This document shows positions 38,401 to 50,400 of a stretch of 64,000 nucleotides of DNA, piece by piece. The DNA lies in the IMG/VR virus record IMGVR_UViG_3300022200_000032, positions 1 through 64,000 of that record; one strand, given 5' to 3'. This stretch comes from a virus. Under the pieces are notes generated by a model that had not been told where the DNA came from, did no database searches, and saw only the letters and a program-made list of their open reading frames with translations. Position numbers and translations under genes: made by a program. Numbering within the stretch: the stretch's first letter is position 1; each line of letters starts with the position of its first letter.

Positions 38401-41400
38401 AAAAGCAACAGCATCAAATCCGTCACCGTCACCATCTACCCCATCAAAACCAACTGTAGTTGTATCTAATGCTACTGTTGCCGCAGCATTGGTACCAGCC
38501 GTTGGCGATGCCGGGGTAATAGTTACTGATGGTGCAGTTTGATACATATAACCCGGTTGATCTACACTGATACTTTGTACCTGATTGCCCCCAATTGTTG
38601 CTGATGCTGTTGCTTGAGCAGCAATTGCAGTTGGTGCCGCTACTGTTACAGTCGGGGCTGAACTATAATAATTACCAGCCACATCTAAAGTAACTGTGCT
38701 TAATTCATATCCGGCAATCGCAGCGGTTGCGGTTGCTGTTACACTTGCAGGCGGAGGAGTAACGGTTACTGCTGGAGCACTTGTATAACTGTTTCCTCCG
38801 TTCGTAATTGTAGTTGCTGTTACCCCACCAGTGCTACTCAGTGTAGTTACTGACGCTCTTGCACGTGATGTTACAATGCTTGGCGGATCTGAGAATGTAA
38901 CTGTCGGTGGACCTGTGTATCCGGATCCATTATTTGATAACGTTACTCCGGTTACGCTGCCGGCTGATATTAATGCGTATCCTGTGGCCGTTTCACCTGG
39001 CGAATTTGGTTGAGCCGTGATGGTCACAGTCGGAGTCGTAATATATCCGAATCCACTGCTTGTAACCGCAATATCATCTACTGTTAGTGTGGCAAAATCA
39101 ATAGTTGCAAGTGCTGTTGCTGTGATATTGTCGCGAGGTGCGCTAATAGTTACACTTGGTGGTACATCTGCCGAATAACCTTTGCCTATTTCTGTGATTG
39201 TGATTTCAGAAATTTCAGTAGTGCTAGTATTAACAGTTGCGGTCGCTAATGATTGTACTGCGTCAATGCCAGATAAATCAACGCCCACATACGACCCGGT
39301 AAACGATGTAAATATTTCGTTATCAAGAATGCTTTCACTGTATGTTGGTAATCCTTCTGGTCCATAATCCAAATTATCAAATAAGTTGATATCATAATTG
39401 CCAACATCAAATCCAGTATTTGCGCCGAATCCTGGGCCCATTAATTGTACCCCTGGATAGTCTAATCCATCGATCAACAACGCTAAATCTAGGCCCGGAT
39501 TGTTCACATCAGAAACATAAAATCCTGTTGTACGATCAATGCCCGAAAGTGTATCAGCAGCCACAATTTGATATTCGGCCGGATCAAATGTGGAATCACT
39601 TGCTGTAGATCCATCTGCATTGATTGCCCTGTATACACGATCATTAAATCTAACTAATTGGTTTTCATCATAAACTGTATTTGCTTCCCAATTAACAATT
39701 TGTGATGTGTATTCATATCTGTCGTATTTGATTGTGGTGTTTAATGAACGCACAACAGAAGGTTTCATATATGCAGTCGCAGTTGCGCCTGTACCATTTC
39801 CGCCTGTGATAGTGATTGTTGGTGTTGTTCTGTATTCCCCATAACTACTACCAACGATATTAACAGCAGATACCTCGCCATCTTCGTTAATAATAGCAAC
39901 CGCAGTTGTTAAAATTTCAGAATCTCCAACGATCTCAACTTGCGGAGCAACAGTATATCCTGATCCGCCATTGGTTACCACAATATTATCAATTATTAAT
40001 AATCTGTTGTCGTACCATTGGTTCCAAGGAACTGTACTCCAAACAGTATCCTCAGTTTTTCTGTTGCTGATGTCTGTTTCTAATATTGCAATACCGTCGT
40101 CGAGTACCGGGCTTACAAATTTACTATATGTGGTATCATAAGCGGCTGGAACATCAAAGTCCATAACAGTACCATCGATCGTGTCAATGCCTTCGTAACG
40201 TAATAGGAATTCTTTAATTTTTACGTGATATGGTTTTGATTCGTTGATATAATCAAGTACAAAATCTTGATTATCCTTACGATATATTGCATATTCTTCA
40301 AGATTTCTAACCTTGTGGTTTACATCGATTAGTGAAGTTTTGTACAGCCAATCAACACGACCTTGTTCAGCCAGAATGTAATTAAACACACTAATTAACA
40401 ATTGATTGCGATGGTCTAAGAAGTCACCCGTTAAGAATTCTTCATTGATTGAACGAATAATATTACGCAATTCAAGAACTGGTTCTTGATCAAAATATTG
40501 TGCATCATAAACTTCACTGTCAAACCCATATCGATCAATAGTGTAATCGTATAAAGAATTCTTAAATTGAATTGTGCCATCTTGTAATCCAACACGGACC
40601 CAAGATCCACTCAAATATGCATATAATTCCCATTTGCCGTTACTGTTGGTATTAACTTTTATAACTGTTCCTTCATCAGGAAAGTTAGTCAATAATTCAC
40701 TATACGTGTTAACAATCTTGGACGGTTTCGTTAGGTTATCATAATTTGTGGCGTACCAGTTTGTATATTCCCAATATCTGTTGGTATCATAGCTTTGTAC
40801 TCTGACTAGATCTAAACCTAAGCTATTGTTAACTTCATAAATTGTCCACAGCCCATTGTTGTTTTCATCAACCTCGACTAGGTAACGATAACCCACTCCT
40901 GCAACTGCTAAATTTTGATACCCTAACTCAACCAAATCTGCAACAGTCGCATTCCATGCTCCTGAAGATGCTGTTGGAATTGATTCTTGTGCTGTCAGAA
41001 GGCTAAATGTTCTTAATTCGCTAAATGGGTGATCTTTAATTAATAAATTTGATTTGTCAATATACGTTTTGAGGGCCGCAAAGTTATTACGGAATAAACT
41101 CTTGCGAGGACGGAATTCAACACCGTATTTGTCCGTTGGACTTAAATTAAAATCAGGAACTTTATTTCCAAGTGTGTCTACCCCGCATAAGCTATCTTGC
41201 AATTTGCGATATAGCAAATCTGGTAAGAAATCATTGGAGTAATTTTCGCGAATTAAATCATACTCAACAAAAACATTATTATCTGTTAATGTACGATTAT
41301 ATTCAATATGCAAGATGCTATCATAATTGTCTGCAATGTACTCATCGGAATTATATAACGCAACAACATTCTTGCGAATCAATGCTGCATATGGTATTCC

Positions 41401-44400
41401 GGATGCTTGTGGATTTTCAATATAGCTAGCAATTGCACGTGCGCTTAATGTTTTGTTCGCAGCTTTGTTTGTTATTGATCTGTTTTTAACCCAGAAGTAA
41501 TAACGAGTGGTTACTGTGCGTGATGCATCAAGTCCACTAACTGCTGAAAATTCAGTACTATTTCGAACTGTACCTGTGCCGGTATATTGATTTGGTGGAA
41601 CCGAACTTTCAATCCATTCATAAACATCAACAGAGCTACCCGGGAACAACTGTCCCCAATTTTTAGAACTATAAACAATGTCTTCTTGATTATAATTTAG
41701 ATAACGTACCTGTGTTGTGTCCCACCATAAATTTCCCACGTGATCTTGAGCCCAATAAATTCCTGATCCTGCTCTGCCAGCATTATATACAGCTGGATTA
41801 ACCGCACCGATATAATCTAAATTTTGCTTGACTGGGCCTAGTAATTTTCCGTTAATTGGATCGATAAAATCTAAATAGACAGAAACCAGATCAGTATCTT
41901 TGTTGTAAATATACAGATAGTTTGTTAAACGACTATCGACTACGGTGGGTTCTGATTGTATTTCTTGCCAAGCCTGTACTCTGGTTGGGTTTTCAAATAC
42001 AACTAACCGACCAATATTTTCAACTGTCGCATCATATCCTGGACTTGTTACTACTAGCAGATTGTCAGTAAAGTTTACTGCTGTGCCGAATTGATCAAGC
42101 TCATTAATATCAGAATCATAAATTTGTTGTCCAAATACAAATTTGCCTGGTGTCTGGTAATTTGAACTTGGTAATAAATCAAACGTATATGCTGTGCCAC
42201 CTTCAATAATTGGATCAACAAACCGTGTCGTATCTGAATCATAAACTGTTTCAGTTAAGTTCTTGTTAAATGTTGTTGGAATACGTGCAATGGCACGATT
42301 AGCGCCAACAACTAGATTTGTCGAAGAATAATCAACATGGATGCTACTACCAAAGTGATCATATTCATTTGGTGCTGGGCTAACAATTGTTTGAACATTT
42401 TCAAATGGCACTAGGCCCAAGTCATCAAACGCTGTACCAACACCAGGCATGACTGTTAATTTGCTTAATATCGGTGCTTCGTCTTGATTAACGACACTAA
42501 TAACAAGTTGCCCATCACTGTTTACATTTGCTTGCACATTTGGAATAATAGCGGCGTTGATATCTTGCGCTACTTGCTCTACAGTGGTATTAGTAAAGAA
42601 CACATCCTTGTTGTCGATTCGAATTGAATCGCCAACTGATATGGTTGGATTTGATACTGTTCCTGTAATTGTACCAAATACACGACTTCTATTTAAATAT
42701 CGTGTCACTGACCCTGCTTCTGGTAGTGCCCAATTATCTCTTGGTGCGCTAACATATATTGAACAATCTGTTCTACAAATAGTTTGCGCTTCACCAAAAT
42801 GTGCCCCTTGATTGTTGTTGGTTAATGATAGTGTTTGGACAAGTTGAAACGTATTGATATCAATATCAATCTCGTCACCAACGTGCAACGTAACACCATT
42901 TGAAAAAGTCACAGTGTTCAAAGTTTCATTAATTGTATATGTTTGCGTACCCACATTATTGATTGAATTTAACTGATGGACGTTATTAAGGTGTACAGAG
43001 TTTGTATCAGAGACGGATCTGTAGGTTTCATATGTTTTTACTGATGCGTTAGTTACTACAAATCGCTCAACTGTTCTTTCGTAAACGTATACCTTGCCTG
43101 AATTTAGTAATGCACCGTTTGTGGCAGTTGGAGCGCCTACCACAAGTTGCTGTCCATCACTAGTGGTGCCAACAGTTTGACCAAATCCTTCGCTAACAGA
43201 TCCTGATATGGTATCTGTGTATCTGTAATAATCTTGTGCTCTGAACACAATTGACGCATCTTCGGCTGGCGCTGTTGCAAAATCGATTGCAACCGTACTA
43301 TCAATGTTAAAACTATAATCATAATATGGGCGTTGTAGTACACCATCGACGTATACCTGAACCGCTTCTTCATCAATTGCGGTATATAATTCCGTGACTT
43401 CTGCAAAAGTAGTAGTACTGCCATCGCCGATGGCACTCACTAGTTTTTTGCGAGAAACCTCAACCACGAGTCCAGCGGCCGGAACGTCATTAATAGTTAA
43501 TATGTTTGATGTGAGATTATATTCACTGGCAGTTAATGTTTCACCATTTAGAGTTACTGTTATCTGCGTTTTGTTATCAACTTCGATGTAATTTGTAATA
43601 TCATAACTAGCAGTGTTACCATTGGTTATAAATGATGCGGTCTGATCTTGATAATCATTGCGGTTGTATGCGTATACTTTCCCAATGCCTGCGGCTGAAA
43701 TATATATCCACTTCTCGTCTTCGGAAATCACTACATCGTAACCAAATAATGCACCTTCTGTGCCTATATCGGCATCAGGAAGGGTTAACACTTGATATTC
43801 TTGGAATAAATTAAGAGCTGGATCTTTGTGTATTACAACAGCGATACCCTGGTTATTTTCGGTTTGTTTGGCACCAGCAATGAACCAATCAGATGCCATG
43901 GACACCGAATTGCCCAGATATGCGATATCTTTAACATCCTTCAGTACATTGCTAAATGTATATCCAGAATTAGTTTTATTGTAGCAATACAATCCTCCAT
44001 TTCCACCCAGGTGTCCAGGAGCGCCAACAATACACCCAGTACCGTTCAATCCTTGGGCAACGCTGGTACCAAATCCAATATCAGACGATGCACCGGTAGG
44101 AGTCTGACTCTGACTTAACGAAAATGGTACTTTCTTTTCATAAACTTTCCATTTTCCATTAACATCACTGTTTACCCAAATTTTGTCGCCTTCAAACAAA
44201 CGTGTATTGAATTCACTATCTGCTGCGTCACTTGCTTGATCCAATCTTGCAGTAACTAATTTAAACGCAATACCTAGTCCAGTTAACGTTGACTCGTTTC
44301 CGGAAATATTCCCATTAATAATAACTGAAGTTGCATCGTTAATTTTTCTAATACGGTGTGCACCGTTGATGGTTTCGTTGAATTGTTTGATTATGATAAT

Positions 44401-47400
44401 ATCATTGGCAGCTAAACCAGTTGGTTCATTAAAAATTAGAGTTAATGTACCATTCAGATTATCAATTACCGTGGTAACATCTGGAGAAATGCTATCACAA
44501 CGGTATACATTCCAATCATATACGTTAGAACGTGCGACCCAAATATTTGTTCCGTCTCGCACGTCTTCTAATTGTGTGTTTATGGATGTTAAATCTGAAA
44601 GATCAAAAAGTGTGATGTCAACATCATCAGAATTAACAAAACCTGCGGTTGGAAGACCAATGTCTGTTAAACTTTCTGTTAACTCGGGTAAGATATTTGT
44701 TGTTGTATTCTTAATGCTTTGTTTATAGATGTCATTTACAAAGATAAATTGATCTGCATCTGATTCTGCGTCAAGTAATCCAATTTCGATTGTACTTGGA
44801 TTCGAACGCAGAGATTCATTATCAAGAGCAACCTCTACAAAACGTTTATTGTCATTCGCACCATATGTCGCACGTTTAATAGCCCAGTTTTCGTAAATGT
44901 CATATTCAGCTTGCTCTTTGTCAAATTCAACGCCTTGGAATAGTTTGGCATTTGCTGGTGTTCCTTTTTGTCTGATCAGGTTTCCGTATACCTGTACCTG
45001 ACTTATATCATCTAAATTTAGAGATTCTAAATAATCTCTTGTACGGAAACCTGTCAGTCCTAATCCAAGTAAATCAGCATCAGATTCTAAATTAGCAACC
45101 GAATTATTATAATAATTGCGCATCTGATCTGATTTATTACTAATGTTTGGTAATAATCCTTTACTAAAGCTATCATAGTCTACTTTAGTCCATTCATCAA
45201 AATCAAACTCCTCGCTTGGTTGAATTTTAATGGCTGCTGTCCAGTATGCATTCTTATATTTGACAATGTCACCTTTATTGTAATTTTGGTTTGCATTCCA
45301 TGTTGCCACATTATCTTGGTTAAGAATAAAACCTTGTGCATCAAGCTGACCAGTCCATTCAAATGTTTTATAACCGTCAATACGCAAACGCTGTTGACGT
45401 AACCCTGTTACTGGTTGGTACATTAAATCATTGAAAATGCTAACATTATCAAAAACCAATAAATGTTCGTAAGCAGTAGCACGTATGCGCAAATAGCTGA
45501 TTCCTTTATCGGCCGCAAGAGAAGTTATTTTAAAATTATTATCCAGGCGTGTAATTGCATAATCTTTTTTCAGCAGTGGTTGGCGATTTTGATCTAATGG
45601 TTGTTCATTAATTGCTAAATTTCCCAAATCATCAACAACAGCGCGAGCACGTTGATATTGTAATTGATTGGCAGCCGGATTTAAGTTTATTAAACTGCCT
45701 GTACCCCAGCTTTGGTTCGCCCAATACAAGAATTCATTAGACATCTGACCCCAATCAAGAGTGTAATTATTTTCAATATCTTCAAATACCAACCCAGAAC
45801 TCTTTAAAAACTCTCCATAACTTGCAAGAAAGTCAATGACACTATTAATATTGGTGAATGTATACCCATAAGGAACACGAACTACACGATTGGTGAAACT
45901 ACGAGGTAATCTGTATCTGTTGGATCCAAAATTGATTGTTTCGTAATCTCCACCAGTGTTACTTTGTAAGATTCTAAAGTATGCTTCAGTTTGGCTATTA
46001 CCATACACAGCATATCCACCATCTGTTTTTTGAACCATTACACCCGAGTATTGTAGATCACCAAATGGTTGGTTTTTGTATAATAAAACACTATAACTTT
46101 CATCTGGAATCAGTAAGCTAGTGTTAGAACTATCTGGACTAGATTTGTCTGTGAAAACTTTTAAATATTTTTTATCAGTAAAACCAGCTACACGATAACA
46201 CAAACGAACATCAATATTAGATAGATAATTGCCTAATGCTACTGATGTTTCAATTCCGATATTTCTATTATGTTCCACAATCCAATTAATATAACTATGC
46301 TTTGGATTCGCCTCATCAAAAATCTCCACGGTACGTGTATCTAACCGTTGACGGCGATCATAAACATACTGTAAAACAGAATCACTATATTTGTATCTGT
46401 CGCAGTCAATCATTAACGAGAAATATTCTGCTGGTTTAGTCAATGCAAGTAATTTTTGTACAGCAAACGGCCAATTGCTCGAGCGTCTCCATGCTGATTC
46501 GACTGGGCCAATGTCACCAGCAATCCAACTTTTTCTTAAATCGGTTTGATTAAAATTCGCTACCAGTGTTTCCATTGGATGCTGAAGATTACCTTCAGAA
46601 TCAACTGGAATAATAGTGGTTAAACCAGGACGCACAAATCGTGAATCGTATCGTTGATTGCCAGGTTCATTAATAAATCCAGCTTCTAGATCTTCCCACA
46701 TTACCAGGTTACCAGAAGTCCATGGTGCCGGACCATAACGATCTTCCCACCAAGTGGGTTCATCTGTTATACCCAACATTTCCCAAGGATGAGTATGAGG
46801 ACGATCTGTATCGTAATAATGCTTATAAATTCCTCGCCATCCACCTTTCAGTAGGCTACCATCTAATCGGCTGGTTGCAGTGCTGTAATTCCAAGTAAAT
46901 TCATTTGTGGCATCATAACTTTGTGTCTTATAATCAAGTTTGTGCCAGCCTACCCAATTTAGTAGACTTTCCGAAAGTATTTCTGTTATTTCCGTATCTG
47001 TGTAGTCAGTTTCACGGAATTTACCTGGAATAACATCACTAACTGTTAGCGGGACATCTCCGCTGTCTAAACTTTTGAGGTTATTATAAATTCTACGTTC
47101 AAATTCTAACAGAACATCATCTCGAACATCACCAAATGCAATCGTAATAGATCCATCATGACCTTGAATTACATTACGAGGAGTCACATAAGTGTCATCC
47201 TCATAAATTTCTGGATCAAAGCGAGGGAACAAACCCAATTTAGTTGGTGTTTCCGGAACATAGCTACCATAAGTGGATGCATATTCTCTGATCGTAATTG
47301 TATCACCAATTGACGGCGTTATTAATAATGTAATACGTGGCCCATCAGTTGCAACAGTATAATCAGTGTCTTTGAGCAGAATGGTATCATTGTGATATAC

Positions 47401-50400
47401 CAACAATCCAAAACTATTAGCGTTTGAAAAATCATAAACATTGTTAATTGAATAGTTTTCAGTGCTAATAACGGACACCGTGTACTCAATCTCAGTATAA
47501 TCGCCCCCAAACGGTAGCATATCGCTCCAATAGTAGGCACTATTGCTTGATTTACCATGATTAATGGCCGCTAGTGCTGCATCAAGAATTTGATGCGTAG
47601 TTAACCCATAAGTATCATTTTGTTCTATCCAGTTAAGAATCTGATTCTTAAACTTTTCATACTGTTTTGCATTATAATCAAGTGCATTGAAGAAGTCATA
47701 CTCTGACTTACGTAGAAAGAACGCTGCTGGCGCAACAGGTGCAGAATGTTGTACAATCACATCACCATATGCTGGTACATTTCCTTTGTCACGTAGATTG
47801 TTTGCACCATTGATTTCCCCAATAAACCCATCAATGTTTTCAACTAAACGATTAAAGTGATTTCTAACAGTACCAAGTGTAAACGTTGCTGGATTTTCAT
47901 TAAAGATATTGCTTTCCAAGTTACTAGGAACTTCGTAATAAGCCACTGTGCTTGCTGACTCACTTATAATTTTTACCTGTATCAGATCACCAACACTGAC
48001 AGTATTATCATTGAATACAACAAATGTTTGATTGTTGTAAATGTTTGTGTTATATGAAGTTGGATTTACAAACTTATTATTAACATAGATCTTGATAGCA
48101 GGTATTGATAAATCTGTTCTAGGCAGAACATCCAAAGATAGTGGTGATCCGTTATACTCATAAGTAAAGACCTGTCTAGACCAGTTTCTCTCAGCACTTG
48201 GCGTCCATCCGATCTCATTGGTGTATGCAGTTCGTGTTGTGTATTTTCTTGCAAAGCCGTTCTTGGTTTCTCCATTAACACTAGCTGAATCAATTACGTA
48301 AACAAAACTATCAGTATATTGGTTATTATCAAACACAATGTCACCAATATTATCAATGTTTAGATAGGATAAACTAAATCCCAGAACTGTATCTACAGTG
48401 GAACTAGATCCAGGTTTATATGAAAACAACTTTGATCCTGTAAATGTAGTGCTTGGGTATACTGATGTATCACCATAACTATATCCATTGCTATCAAAAA
48501 TATCAAACAATGGTGCTTGGTTTACTGATGTCTTTTCTTGCGATGCTGACCAACCAGATCCGTCAAATGTAAAATGTTTTCCGATTTGTGTATTTCCACT
48601 GGAACAGAAAACAACTTGATCTGCAAGTATTTGTGCATCATCCGCTGGATAGAGATTTATAATTTCTCCATATGCTGTAGAATCATCATCTGGATCAACA
48701 ATCTGTACAGTATAAATTTTATTTTTTACTTCTGGGTCAGTGTCAGCCGCAAAAATAACTCTTGAACCGTTGGTCAATGTATATCCATCAACTGAATAAC
48801 CTGAACTACCATGTACATTTGATAGTGCATCAGTTTCTGTGAAATCAATGACATTGATTGGTGCAGTTGATTCTGTACCAAAATTGTATAATCTTGTACC
48901 AGCATTAAACTCAATAATAGGACGTTTTGCTCTATAGGCATTGTCTAAACTAACAACGGTATTATTATACTCAGCAGTTGCATTAATGACATCAATATGA
49001 AACCAACGATTGCTTCGTGTCCATGGATTCAAATCTGAGCTGGAACGGTTAATTGTTAGATAATCTAAATCTTGTGGTGCATTATTTTCACCAGAAACAT
49101 TATTAACATATAAGTCTGGTGTTACTAAATCGGTAACAGGAACTAAAACAATAGAACTGCCAACCCCATCAACATAGTATTCGTTTCCGCTATATGTTGA
49201 TGGGTCAGTTGTTCCCTGAAACTTAACTCTTAATCCATTTGTAAATATAACACCATTCGGTGACGTATACTCTGTTTTTCCTATAATATCATCATCAACG
49301 TACAGTTGTTCTGATCCTTCCTGATCAACAAGTTTAATGACACCAAATTTGTTTGCTGTAGTGCCGTCTTGGTAATATAAAACATCATTGGCTGCGGTTA
49401 ATAATGGTACTTCTTCAAAAAATCCACTAGAATTCTTAAAAAATGTTCTATTACTATATGTTGCACCATAACGAATAGTAAACTTTTCTTGAATAGATGT
49501 AATGTCGTCAATTTTTACCAGATTTATAAATGCACCGTCATCAGTACTGCCATCTGGTCTTACATATTGAATTCTGTAAAGACTGTAACGATCGCCACGG
49601 CTATCAATTGTGGTTTCAATCCCAAATTCTGGAGAAATTGGATCAAACATTGCTTCACGCACCCATCCAAGATCCTCGCTATCACCTTCTTGTGTGTTTA
49701 GAAATACTAGAGTACGTCCTTCGAGATCACTGATACCATCAATTGTGACGTTTTCAACAAGTTGTCTATCAATCGAATTAAATTTAGCCATTGTTGCTAA
49801 ATCAACATCTGATCGGTCAGTTAAATCATAATAAAATTGTTGCGCATCTGCATTAGGCACATTAAAGATAACTGCACCCACGTCCTCGCCATTATTAACA
49901 ACACCCAACACACTGCGGCTGCTGATGTTTGGAGAATAGTTTAATGTTCCGTCTACACCAGCCTCGCTTTGAATCCAAAAACTTGATTCTTGATTTACAT
50001 TAAAGGTATACGTGCCTCCGCGAACTAATGTTAATGTTGGGTTATCACCAGCAATATCGCTTAGATTATATGAACCGTCGACTGTAGTGACATCAAAATC
50101 GTCAACCACAGCTATTGTGGTTGCACGCACATCAACGGCATCCGGGCCTTCTGGTAACCAATAATATTGCCCATAATTGATAAATTTATCAAAATCAATT
50201 AGTGGATCCCACGAGTATGTTTCACTAGAAAACAATCTGTCATGTCTTGTTACATTTGCACCTTTAACTGCAAGTGAATCGATGATACCAGGGTATGTGA
50301 TTGCATCTGTAACTTTGTTATCATCATCAGTAAAAACAACACCTGGTTCAAGTTGATAATTGGAACGTATGGTAGATGATTCTAATAGATATCCATTTCC

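Noticed and set aside
37304-39367. Plus-strand ORFs opposite the repeat region, and other short overlapping ORFs in the track (e.g. 3645..4160, 33227..34447, 55072..55623, 63752..64000)
   Set aside because: Antisense shadows of well-supported genes; no SD or family motifs.
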